From Poseidonia sp. (lineage in GTDB: Archaea; Thermoplasmatota; Poseidoniia; Poseidoniales; Poseidoniaceae): a DNA stretch of 64,000 nt. The notes beneath the pieces are model-generated. The model was not told where the DNA came from and made no database searches. It saw only the letters and a list, made by a program, of their open reading frames with translations. Below are positions 40,313 through 50,800 of the stretch, one piece after another (the stretch's first letter is position 1; each line of letters starts with the position of its first letter). A program made the position numbers and the translations under genes. The DNA is taken from contig JAUREO010000003.1 of the NCBI GenBank assembly GCA_030827365.1, positions 972-64,971 on the forward strand, given 5' to 3'.

Positions 40313-41295
40313 ATCAATTCTTGAATCATGTGTTGAAGTCCAACCTCAAGGGTTGTTGTTGCAACCCAATCAAGATGTTCTTTGGCGGCTTGTGGATGAC
40401 ATGTTCGCCTTGAAGAATCTCCTGGATGGCCGGATTCAATCATGATCATTGGTTTTTCCGGAAGTGCGACATCAGCCTCTTGGCACAATCGCACCAAGAG
40501 ATGAGCGACATCAATCATTTTGTGCTCTTTGTCCGAACCAATATTGAACGATAACCCTGCAAGTGGTTTTCCATCTTTGAGAGACACATCGAGTAAACCT
40601 GCTTTGTAGATGCCTTCGACAGCATCTTGAATGTACGTAAAACTCCGTGTGTGTGTTCCTTCATAATGCAATTCAAGGGGCTCGTTGTTGAGTAATTGTC
40701 CGAAAAAACGTCCGATGACCTGCCCGTCTTTCTTCCCACGCAATCGCGGCCCATAGACATTGAATGGACGAACGATTCGAACATCAAGTGATTGACGGGC
40801 AGCATAATGCATGGCTAATTCTTCGACATATTTTGTGGCACCATAGGAAAATCGTTGATGGTCGCTTGCAGCAGGAAATTTGGATTCATTGTAATCTTCA
40901 AGCGGCATATGTTCCACCAAACCAAACGCCTCTGGAGATGATGTAAAAATCAATCTGGTTGAAGTTGAAAGGCACTGACGAAGCACGTTCATTGTCATTG
41001 AAATATTGGATGAGATAACATCAAGGGCTCTGTCGTGAAAAAACAGTGTGCCATTGATGGCTGCAAGATGAAAACAAATATCTGCACTTGGAAAGGTCAA
41101 TGCGACCTGCTCTTGTGCCGTCAAATCGGTTTCAATAAATTCAAAGTTTGAATGGCTCATGATTGCCTCAATATTTTCTATGCATCCTCTTGAAAGGTTG
41201 TCAAAACCAGTCACAATGTGCCCTTTTTCGAGGCAATATTCCGCAAGGCTTGAACCAAGAAACCCTGCCACACCTGTGATGATGATTCTACTCAA
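40285..41295 (-). CDS. NAD-dependent nucleotide-sugar epimerase/dehydratase (extended SDR)
   Basis: 'TGVAGFLG', 'HLAA', YGATK, 'RPFNVYGP', 'TRSFTYI'. Confidence 0.92.
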   Translation of the reverse strand: MSRIIITGVAGFLGSSLAEYCLEKGHIVTGFDNLSRGCIENIEAIMSHSNFEFIETDLTAQEQVALTFPSADICFHLAAINGTLFFHDRALDVISSNISMTMNVLRQCLSTSTRLIFTSSPEAFGLVEHMPLEDYNESKFPAASDHQRFSYGATKYVEELAMHYAARQSLDVRIVRPFNVYGPRLRGKKDGQVIGRFFGQLLNNEPLELHYEGTHTRSFTYIQDAVEGIYKAGLLDVSLKDGKPLAGLSFNIGSDKEHKMIDVAHLLVRLCQEADVALPEKPMIMIESGHPGDSSRRTCHPQAAKEHLDWVATTTLEVGLQHMIQELIQEVSSGAR

Positions 41296-43076
41296 TTCGA
41301 TTCCTCAATTCTTTGAATGACTGAAAGTGTGACTCTCTGCCCTGTTCGTTCAAATCGTACTGTATCTCCTGTATTGATTCCGAGACAAGCATCTTGTTCA
41401 AATCCAAACCCGTATGGGACACCGAGCAACGAACATGCGGGTAATGTCAGTGGACACACATCCCGATTGATGACGGCTTTTGGCCCCTTTGAAGTATACA
41501 ACAAACCCATTAAAACATACGGTGCAACGGTTGAACCAGAGCCTTTTGGAAAGATAAGAATTGAATCTTTAATGCTCTCTCCATACAACGGATGCCCTTC
41601 TTCCTCAATGATGCCAGTATCAGGATTCACATAACCAAGAAAGGTGATGGGAACGTCGGTCACGAGAGCTTTACCAACGATTGAAAAATCATTTTGGCTG
41701 AGCAAACCTTGACCATCACTTGAATACGAATTGGATTGATGCACTTTGGTGGTTTGCAATATGGGAGGAGGCGTTTGGATTGATTCCCCCTTCTCATTGT
41801 CATCGTATTGCGACGGTTGAAATGCTTCCTTGACACAGTCATGGATGGTCGCTACACTTGTTGGCAATCGGTTAAGTCCACTTGTAAGATAATGTTCTGC
41901 TTTCATCGAATTGGTCAACAGATGATTGAATTTTTCACGGTTGTAGGGAGTAACCTCTGGGCATGTGTCTTTTAGAATCAAAACGCCTGCTTGCTCAAGA
42001 ATATCAATACTACCGTCGGCTAACGCAAGGTCATAATTTTCTCGACTGGTAAAGACCCATAAACGGTCATCTTGCACTCGCTGACTCATTTCAGCAAATG
42101 TACGAACAGAAGCCGCTGTGATACGAATTTCTTCCAAACTCGCCTGAGGGCAGCCAATGACCACCAGGTCGACTGGTCGCTTTGGTGCAAGTTCGTCATA
42201 CCGCTGCCGTAAATCTTCTTCAGTGAATCGGAGAATTCCTTGCCACTGCCCGTCATTGAGCGTTGGTTGTCCATGTTCATCAAGTTCAAGAATGCCGTCA
42301 GTGGAATGTTCATGAACCCACAACATAGGTGTTCCATAATTCGCTGCTGCCGCAGTGAGGGCTTTTTTCATCGCAAACGACATATGAGCTGGTGCTCCAA
42401 TGAGGTACGGCATTGGACCGAATGGAAGATGCCAATCTGGTCGGACTTGTTTGCCGATCCAGTCGCCGAAAATCGACCAATCGGAAAGGTGGTGCAAATC
42501 ACATTCGAGGTGTACAAGCACATTTGGTTGTCTGTGTTTTGAAAGGTGCAAACCCCACTCTGGAGCAAAACCGGTCAAGGCCGTGGCCAAGGCAGATAAA
42601 CCGGATTCTCGATTTGTCATGAGTGACGACCAAGTATTTGCATAACATACAGCATTCGACTCAGCCCAACTTCCAATACCTGATTCAAGTTCTATCCCTC
42701 GGTCATATGGTGTGCATGATAATGTTGTTTGAATACCAAGTGACTGATAGGCATGGATAATTTCAAATTGTGCTTCAAGAAAACCTGGAACAGCAATGTG
42801 CATGTCTTCAAACTTTTCAGCATCACATCCTGCTGAATTTAATGTGGTTGGAATACAGACACCTTGCCCTTTTTGACTTTCAAGGTCTGCAAGAAATCGA
42901 CGTAAACCATGCCCTCCGGTCAGCACAGAAACCCCTGAAATATGGGCATGCTGGACGGGAATAATCTTCTCCGCTCCAGCCGTCATAGCGAGGTCAAGAA
43001 CTAACCTTGCACCCTTTTGACGAGTGCTACCCTCGAGGCCTTCAAGTTGGTCTTGAAGACGCTGTGGCCTCTCCAT
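41292..43076 (-). CDS. acnX: Aconitase X, catalytic (large) and swiveling (small) subunits fused
   Basis: 'AHISGVS', 'SCTPY', 'WAESNA..YAN', 'GCPQ', 'DTCP', 'TNSMKA', then 'VNPDTGIIEEEGHPLYGESI...LIFPKGSGSTV'. Confidence 0.88.
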   Translation of the reverse strand: MERPQRLQDQLEGLEGSTRQKGARLVLDLAMTAGAEKIIPVQHAHISGVSVLTGGHGLRRFLADLESQKGQGVCIPTTLNSAGCDAEKFEDMHIAVPGFLEAQFEIIHAYQSLGIQTTLSCTPYDRGIELESGIGSWAESNAVCYANTWSSLMTNRESGLSALATALTGFAPEWGLHLSKHRQPNVLVHLECDLHHLSDWSIFGDWIGKQVRPDWHLPFGPMPYLIGAPAHMSFAMKKALTAAAANYGTPMLWVHEHSTDGILELDEHGQPTLNDGQWQGILRFTEEDLRQRYDELAPKRPVDLVVIGCPQASLEEIRITAASVRTFAEMSQRVQDDRLWVFTSRENYDLALADGSIDILEQAGVLILKDTCPEVTPYNREKFNHLLTNSMKAEHYLTSGLNRLPTSVATIHDCVKEAFQPSQYDDNEKGESIQTPPPILQTTKVHQSNSYSSDGQGLLSQNDFSIVGKALVTDVPITFLGYVNPDTGIIEEEGHPLYGESIKDSILIFPKGSGSTVAPYVLMGLLYTSKGPKAVINRDVCPLTLPACSLLGVPYGFGFEQDACLGINTGDTVRFERTGQRVTLSVIQRIEESN

Positions 43077-43179
43077 ACACCATCCACATCGTTGCAGTTC
43101 ATCAACTCACCCCTCGCCTCTACGCTGGGCTGTATATGAAAGGGGAAACTTTTGAATCTCATAGGAAATTTGTCCGCCC

Positions 43180-45240
43180 ATGCCTTCAAAACAGCAACCA
43201 CAAGGAACAAAGCAATCGAACAAATTCAGAAGATTACGGGCCATTGGCGTCGTGGCACTGATATGTGCTACAGCCTTGAATTCGTACTTCCTCTTGAACA
43301 AAGATGAATCGCAAGGTGATGTCGTCCATCAAACATTAATGACCACTTCTGAACATTTTGAGAACATTTCACCTTGTGTTGAAGGTGGTGAGATGATTCA
43401 CATTGGTTTCGATAGCGATGAAAATGGTCGACTCGATGACAATGAAATCGATTCCTCGACCCTCTTGTGCCATGGATTTCAAGGCCTGAGTGGGCCGCAG
43501 GGACAGCCCGGTCTCAAAGGAGGAGATGGTCACATCGCACTTCTTGATGTCAAACAACTGAATCAGACATCAACACAATGCAATGGTGATGGAATTCAAT
43601 TTTCTTCAGGTCTTGACCTTGACCATAACGGGATGCTCGAAGAAATCGAAGTGGTTTCCTCTTCGGTCCTCTGCAATGGGAGTATCGGCCTTGATGGAGT
43701 GTCAGGAACGAACGGGAGCAATGGGTTTTCTGCACTTGTCGAACAAATGCAGCCACCCGAGTGGTTGTGCAACCGCGGCATTATGGTCGCTTTTGGCATC
43801 GATGATGGAGGTAGCGAGGGTCAATCGAACGATGGCATGTTGCATGAATCTGAAATCCGAGATTGGCTCAATTTGTGTTTCGACGATAACGAACCTCAAC
43901 GCAGAACTGATATTGTGGCTGGAACAAGTGATTCATTTTCTTTAAATTGTGCCAAACTGACCCACCTCGAGCAAAGCCCACATGTGTTGTTTTCAGCGGT
44001 TGACGGCACCTTAGGATGTGAACTGCACCGATTCGACTTGGGTTCCAACACCACAAGTCTCGTGTTTGACCTGAACCCGAGTGGAGATAGTTTTCCAGGT
44101 CGCAACTTTGGGTTTACAAGTACACAGGCAGATTCTTGGGTCTACTTTGATGCCAACAGCGGTTCGCAAGAACAAATGTGGGCTGTTCATCCGCAAAACT
44201 GGACGATGGTCCCTGTCCTTGATGCTACGCTTCGCCAACCGTTCGTTTGGTCCGATGGCGTGGTAATGTGGAACCAGTCCAACCACATTTCTTGGATCAA
44301 TGCTACATCATTAAAACCAATCACAGAAGCAATGCACCAAAGTTCCTTGTCGGATATCGTGATGGTTCGAGATCATCTCACGAACCTCGGGGAATTTTTT
44401 GCACTCGTATTCGAATCGACTCTCTACATGAGTGCCTTGCTCGATGGTGCTACTCAAGTTGTTGTTGCTATCGATGATGATCTTCGAATGTGGAATATTC
44501 CTTCCGAGAGCAATACGGTTCTTTCGATGCCGACAAGAACTCAAGAAGGTACGGCATTTATCGCAACACAAGGCGGTGACAAGCAAATCCTTCATCTGCT
44601 CGATGATGGTGGATACTTGTGGCTTACCGACCTCGAATACGATGGTCCAGATACGACCCTAGAGCATCTTGGCGACAACATTGGACTCAACTATATCGAT
44701 GAGCGAATCGTGTTTGATGCTGTGACCGAAGGCATTGATGCAATGCTCTACTATGTGGATTTGAATTCCCTTGAAGTAGGCCTTCTTTCGACAGAATTGC
44801 TTGCGGTGGGCGAGCAAACGGGTAGTGAACGAATTGACGACACCATCTTTTTCGATTGTGTATCTGCTGCATACGGTCATGAGTTGTGTCAAACTGATGG
44901 CACATCAGAAGGAACATCGGTCATAGATACCCTCAGGCCAGGGTTTCAATCCTCCCAGCCAAAACATGTTGGGCTCGTGGGTGGTCAAGTGATTCTACTC
45001 GCTCATGGACTCGATGCTTCAACATACCATGCTTCATCCCTTTGGATGTTGAAAAATGGCATTCCAACACTCTTGTTCAATCCGTATCTTGGTGCTTCAA
45101 ACGATGCTCAATCAGGCATGTATGGCGAACTTGTGATTTCATCAACGCATCTATTTTTCATCGCACAAGACGGAAATCAAGGTCACGAATTGTTTGTGTG
45201 GAATTTACTCGAATATGATGAGCAGTGGCTTTTCATTTAG
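43180..45240 (+). CDS. Membrane-anchored surface protein: three DxDxNG-like Cys-bounded repeats with collagen-like linkers and an ELWxxDGT-like beta-propeller
   Basis: N-terminal TM; 'GLSGPQGQPGLKGGDG'; 'GHELCQTDGTSEGT', 'GHELFV'. Confidence 0.78.
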   Translation: MPSKQQPQGTKQSNKFRRLRAIGVVALICATALNSYFLLNKDESQGDVVHQTLMTTSEHFENISPCVEGGEMIHIGFDSDENGRLDDNEIDSSTLLCHGFQGLSGPQGQPGLKGGDGHIALLDVKQLNQTSTQCNGDGIQFSSGLDLDHNGMLEEIEVVSSSVLCNGSIGLDGVSGTNGSNGFSALVEQMQPPEWLCNRGIMVAFGIDDGGSEGQSNDGMLHESEIRDWLNLCFDDNEPQRRTDIVAGTSDSFSLNCAKLTHLEQSPHVLFSAVDGTLGCELHRFDLGSNTTSLVFDLNPSGDSFPGRNFGFTSTQADSWVYFDANSGSQEQMWAVHPQNWTMVPVLDATLRQPFVWSDGVVMWNQSNHISWINATSLKPITEAMHQSSLSDIVMVRDHLTNLGEFFALVFESTLYMSALLDGATQVVVAIDDDLRMWNIPSESNTVLSMPTRTQEGTAFIATQGGDKQILHLLDDGGYLWLTDLEYDGPDTTLEHLGDNIGLNYIDERIVFDAVTEGIDAMLYYVDLNSLEVGLLSTELLAVGEQTGSERIDDTIFFDCVSAAYGHELCQTDGTSEGTSVIDTLRPGFQSSQPKHVGLVGGQVILLAHGLDASTYHASSLWMLKNGIPTLLFNPYLGASNDAQSGMYGELVISSTHLFFIAQDGNQGHELFVWNLLEYDEQWLFI

Positions 45241-46069
45241 GCGAAATAGGTTTGGACTCGGCACAATATAGGCACGATACACCAGCCTTGTAAGTTGCAT
45301 GCTGTTGTTCTTCTATCGTCAAAGGCGTTCGACAGGCAAAACATACGACTTCACCAGTTTCAATGAGGTCTGGATTGACAGCGACCCTTTGGTCAAACAC
45401 GAAGCAATTGCCCTTCCAGTGAGCACCACCAACCTCTTCGAAATATCCAAGAATACCACCTTTGAGTTGTCGAACATCTTTGAATCCAGCCTCGATCATA
45501 ATCGCACTTGCTTTTTCGCAACGAATGCCTCCTGTGCAAAACATCACGATGGGTTCGTCTTTCAATGATTCTGGAAGTTCTTGAATCGCTTTTGGAAAAT
45601 CTCGAAAGGATTCAATATTCAAATCAATGGCATGTTCAAAGGTTCCAATTTTCATCTCATAGATATTTCTCGTATCCAAGAGATTGACGTTCTTGTTACC
45701 ATCGAGAGCATCTTTGAGTTCGCTGGGTGTGATGCTGGGGCCAGTGAACTCAGCGGGTCGGATATCGTCCAACCCGACGCTGATAATTTCCTTTTTCTTC
45801 CTGACATTCATTCGATTAAACGGTTGGTAATCCGTCCACGATTTCTTGATTTGGATATCTCTCATCCGCTCATCTTGTTCAAGAAACGAAATGAAGTCAT
45901 TAATGGCTGGTTCAACCCCTGCAAGAAAAAAATTGATGCCTTCGTGGGCGATAAGGATGGTTCCTTTAAGATGTAGTCGTTGACATTTGTTTTGATATGG
46001 TTCGATAAGGTCATCTCGGTCAGGTAAGTCCACAAATCGATATCCTGCAATATTGAGAATGGGTTGCAT
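45233..46069 (-). CDS. trhO: tRNA uridine(34) hydroxylase TrhO-like rhodanese-domain protein (UPF0176)
   Basis: 'LKGTILIAHEGIN', 'KKEII', 'DTRN.YE..IGTF', 'FCTGGIRCEKAS', 'FVFDQR'; start may be 46072 or 46081. Confidence 0.85.
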   Translation of the reverse strand: MQPILNIAGYRFVDLPDRDDLIEPYQNKCQRLHLKGTILIAHEGINFFLAGVEPAINDFISFLEQDERMRDIQIKKSWTDYQPFNRMNVRKKKEIISVGLDDIRPAEFTGPSITPSELKDALDGNKNVNLLDTRNIYEMKIGTFEHAIDLNIESFRDFPKAIQELPESLKDEPIVMFCTGGIRCEKASAIMIEAGFKDVRQLKGGILGYFEEVGGAHWKGNCFVFDQRVAVNPDLIETGEVVCFACRTPLTIEEQQHATYKAGVSCLYCAESKPISPK

Positions 46070-46084
46070 CACGGCATTCACCTC

Positions 46085-47857
46085 TCACATTCGTTGCCTA
46101 TGCTCACTTCTCCATTCGTGGTTTGAAGCGAGTGGCCGTCGCCATCCTTGACCGAAAGCTCTGGAACTCACTCGCGGGGCAGGTGCCATCTGCCACCGTT
46201 TGTGTTCATTGCGTTCAAGACGAACGAGCACATCAAGCACAATGTCCTCATTATAACCGATTGAGACCAGTTCCTCTTGCGATGCTCCTTGCTCAATATG
46301 ATGTCGTAGAATAGCATCGAGAAGGGGGTAGGGTGGCAAAGTATCCTCGTCTTTTTGGTCAACATCAAGTTCAGCGGAAGGTGGTTTTGTCAACGTCCCT
46401 TGGGAGACTGGTGGAGTTTTTCCGTGTTCAGTGGCGTACTGATTGAACCATTCTGCAATGGCATACACTTCCATTTTGTAAACATCGCCAAGGGGACAAT
46501 ACCCCCCTGCCATATCTCCATACAATGTACAGTAGCCTTGTGCTATTTCGGATTTATTGCCTGTGCTAATTGCCATGTAGCCCTTTGAATTTGCATAACC
46601 CATCACGATGAGTGCCCTCAGTCTTGCTTGGATATTTTCGCCAGCGACGGCGTTACCTTGTGCAAGTTGTTGCCCGATGGTGTCTTCTGCAGCATTGTGC
46701 AATTCCTCGATTGAATGGGTGATGTAGGTAATACCGAGAGCTGTTGCTGTATGCTCGGCGTCAGATTTCGAATGTTCGGAAGAAAAACGGCTCGGCATCG
46801 ATATACCGATGACTCGCTCCGAGCCGAGGGCGTTCTGTGCAATACAGGCCGCAACTGCGGAGTCAATTCCTCCGGAGAGTCCGAGAACAATGCCATTGAT
46901 ACTTGACTTACGGCAATAATCTGCTAATCCTGTTGTCACGGCTTCAACCACCTCGTGTATTTCGTTGGCTACAACCCCACTTTCTTTGGTCTCAACTTTC
47001 TGAGGTTGAAGTCGATGACCAATGAGTAACGCACCCTCGTAGTCAGCATCGACCCATTGACATGCATCTGGGTTGGCAAGGTCAACGAGCAATACGCCCT
47101 CCCGCCAAGCGGGAGCGACCACGATTGTTCCATCTGGCCAAGCGACCATTGAACGGCCATCGAAAAGCAGATCGTCGTTTCCACCAACTTGATTGGCGAG
47201 CAAAAATGGATGACCCAAGGTTTTGGCAGCATTTCGACATACTTTGATTCGAGTCGTGCCTTTGTGTTGATGGTATGGCGAAGCGGAAAGATTGACAGTC
47301 GCATGGAGGTCGACACCTTGTCGAATAAACTGCGAAAGATGTTCGATCGGGTCAGAGGCATACGCCGATGGTGTGAGACCTGCAGATTGCCACGCGTCCT
47401 CACATATCGTGACACCAAGGTCAAAACCACCGAGTGAACGAACCAAGGATGTTCGAGCATCTGCATCAAAGTACCTCGCCTCATCAAAAACATCGTAGGT
47501 GGGAAGAAGTTGTTTGTGGGCGACAATTGAAGTAGCCTGAAGTGAGGAGGGCGTTTGTGGTTCGGCTTTGACTACGCCATTGGTTGGTTTCTTTCGTTCA
47601 TGTTCTGGTGGGATGGGCGTGCCAATCAACATAGGAATTGCAGGTTTGGATTGCTTTGCGATGTCGAATGCGGATTGTACAAATTCGGGTTCAAGAAGTA
47701 AGTCCCGAGGTGGGTATCCACAAATAGCTAACTCGGTTGAAACAGCAAGTGTGGCACCATGGCTTAGAGCCATTTTGGAAAGCTGCATTAACTTCGATTG
47801 GTTGGCGTATAGGTCACCAATTGTAGCATCCATTTGCAGAAGTGCAATCATGGACAT
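46085..47857 (-). CDS. nadE: Glutamine-dependent NAD+ synthetase
   Basis: Nitrilase E-K-C triad (TEL, HKQLLP, ICED) plus 'GLSGGIDS', 'ENIQAR', 'GNKSE', 'KPPSAEL'. Confidence 0.95.
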   Translation of the reverse strand: MSMIALLQMDATIGDLYANQSKLMQLSKMALSHGATLAVSTELAICGYPPRDLLLEPEFVQSAFDIAKQSKPAIPMLIGTPIPPEHERKKPTNGVVKAEPQTPSSLQATSIVAHKQLLPTYDVFDEARYFDADARTSLVRSLGGFDLGVTICEDAWQSAGLTPSAYASDPIEHLSQFIRQGVDLHATVNLSASPYHQHKGTTRIKVCRNAAKTLGHPFLLANQVGGNDDLLFDGRSMVAWPDGTIVVAPAWREGVLLVDLANPDACQWVDADYEGALLIGHRLQPQKVETKESGVVANEIHEVVEAVTTGLADYCRKSSINGIVLGLSGGIDSAVAACIAQNALGSERVIGISMPSRFSSEHSKSDAEHTATALGITYITHSIEELHNAAEDTIGQQLAQGNAVAGENIQARLRALIVMGYANSKGYMAISTGNKSEIAQGYCTLYGDMAGGYCPLGDVYKMEVYAIAEWFNQYATEHGKTPPVSQGTLTKPPSAELDVDQKDEDTLPPYPLLDAILRHHIEQGASQEELVSIGYNEDIVLDVLVRLERNEHKRWQMAPAPRVSSRAFGQGWRRPLASNHEWRSEHRQRM

Positions 47858-47881
47858 CCTGACACCTCATTTTTGCCAGTC

Positions 47882-50800
47882 TTAGGGGTGTTTTACAATG
47901 TTACCATCTGCGTCTTTGTACCACCATTCATTGCTCTCTTTGTCGTGATACCACCAATAACCGTCGGCCCCCATGACCCAATCGGTCTCTTCTGTTTGAG
48001 TTTCGATAGCATTGCTTGCCGTTGATGCCACTGAAATCTTTGGCACTTCCTTACGATTACTCATCTCTTCAAATCGCTCTTCATCGATGTCGTCTTCCTC
48101 TGCATATTCTGAAGAATATTCATCCCAATCGTAGGCTTCCTTTGAGCCCCTATTGCCTGTCAATCGAATTAGCCAAATCAAACTGGTGAGAAGAATTCCA
48201 ATGAAGAGAAGAGCAGCAATTGACCCAAGAACTGGGTTCGCATCACCAAACACTTTCTCACTAAGGGTGAGTTCTTCAGGAACTCTTGCATCAATGGTTG
48301 GTCCACTGGCACGTGCACCGTTTTCAAGTTCAACCTCAATCCATTGTACTCCTGGGCGTTCAGGGGCCCAATCAAGTGTCGTTGAAGCCACTCCGCCTTC
48401 AGGGACAAACACCTTCACTCGTTGCAAGAGTGCACTTGTGCCATCTAGTTCAATCCAATAGATGTTCAATTCGACTTCGCCATCCAAGGTACCACTGTTT
48501 GATACTTCAACGGTCACAGCAGTTGTTTGGGCAACATCGACGAGATACCTTGAGTAGACAATACCTGCTGAATCAATTTCAAACTCAGGTTGCAACCACT
48601 CCATATTCCATGTTTGAATAGGTTGACCTGCGGCTTTACCTCCAATGCCAATCACATTGTTGCCGGCAAGATCTCTACCTTCGAGATAAAGATGGACGAC
48701 GAGCCTGTCAATGAGCATATCGCGTGAAATTTCAGAGAGATTGAAACTTGACGATAACTCGAGCAATAAGCCGTCTGGGAACTCGCTTTCAAGAATCAAG
48801 GGTTCAACGCCGTCCCTGAGCACTTTTCCTGTTTCAAAGTCGGCAACTTCCCAACGAATTTGTAAGGATTGAACATCAAGGCCACCAATTTCGTTGACCG
48901 TCAAGAGGACATCATGCTCACTTGCAGACAAAATAGCTTGGGCTCGTGGAGAAAGCACTTCAACTGGTTCTGGCCCAATTCCATCAACAAGAATCCATTT
49001 GACCGAGGTTTCTTTTTCGGTCACATCTTGCCCTTGACCCTCAATGCAATCGACACCCCATGTCAAAGGAACTTCGCCAGAAGTCGGTGGTGCTGTTAAT
49101 TCAGTTGACCATATTCCATCCTTAGCAGTTGCAAGTATGGTACGTCCTGCGAAGAGGATATTCACATCACAATCAAACGCAGGAACAGAATTGGTTTCTG
49201 AAAAGACAAGCCCACCTGAAATTTCCATCGGGGTGTTTGGTACAACTCGTGCACCATCACCAAGGAATGAACCTGCTGATAGATAAAGTTGGACCGATTC
49301 TTCTGGAATCATCATGTTTGAAGAAAATCGCCATCGTTTCTCGGGGAAGGTACGAAGAACATCAAGTCCGCTTCGATCTTCAATTCGAATCGAGGGTTCA
49401 CGACGAGTTTCACCGAGGTCGGGGGTGCTCCAACTTAGGTGGAAATCGATGCTCAAAACCAAATCGGTTTCGTATGGCCCAGCCGTCGTTCCATCCTTGG
49501 CCTTCATTTCGCAATCGTCGATGATGAGATGAGGTGAAATCGTAGTGCAATTTCCTGTCTCAAAACTCCAAGCTATGGTCATAGAGTCGCTACCTTGATT
49601 GGAGGCAAGTGCAACCTCAACAATGGCAAGGTCGGAGGCCCCATTTGGCTCGTTGACATCAACATTGAGTGTGTATATTTCTTGGGGATGCAACCATGCT
49701 TTTCGTCCGCCATACCAGTTGAATGCATCAGGTTCGACTTTTGGTTGTGCTGATACACCTAATTGGTACATCATTAGATGTTGGTCATACTCTGGCCCCC
49801 CCGCCCCTTGTATTTGATAGCCGGAGGGGTCTGTTCCGGTGATGTAGACCGCTACTTTGTGGCCGAGTGCTCCTGATGTATCGTCAAGTTGCAAGGTGTA
49901 CAATCCTGTAAGTGCTGAGAGGTTGTAGGGTAAATTGAACGTCATTGGCACATATTCATCTTCATCTGGCCATCCATTCATGTTGTAATCGTTAAGCCAT
50001 TCTCTCCACACCATTGGTGTCACGTTAGTTGGAAGGACAGGTTGGTCACGGATGGTGACTTGTATGGTCTGAGTTGGACTTGGGGAACGGTATCCGTAGT
50101 GAGGTAGATTGGTTTCCATCACCTTAGGCCGAACCGAATCCACTGTGAAGGTTCTACTCATTTCCGAGGGCTGACCAATATGTGAGCCATTGAGTGAAAC
50201 CAACTTAACGGTCCAAACCACATCGGCGTAGGTGAATGGAATCGTGTCGGTATAATTCCAGTATGTACCATCAAGTTGTGTGGTATTAGCCACCAAAGTT
50301 TCGCCTCGCCACAATTGAACTTCTCCGAATCCAGCAGGGAAGGCATCTTCGGAGTTCACACCCTCAAATCCAATTTGAATGCTCAATTCAAGAGGTTCGC
50401 CACCCTTAAGGTATTGTTGGGTTGGTGGTGCAGGTCCGTCTGTTGTTGTATAAGATATTGAACGAATGAGCAAATCGTTTTCATAACCTTGGTCAGAGGC
50501 TGAACCCCATGTTTGGACGAATGGAATCGATGCAACACCATTTGACATGACAAGTCGTAAACTCGCACTCAACATCATTTCATCATCCCATGATGGAGCA
50601 ATTCGGAATGTAGCGGAACTGGTGACTTTTGTGCCATTGACGTCGTGAGTAAATTTGTTGAGTTCCGGAAGAAGAATAGCAGATGTATCTCCTACTTCCA
50701 AGGCTGGATTCCCATCCAGCTGATAGAGAACCGTAGCATGGTGCAAGGTTCCAAACACATCAAGACGAAGATATTGGATATTTCCACCAAGGACCGTGTA

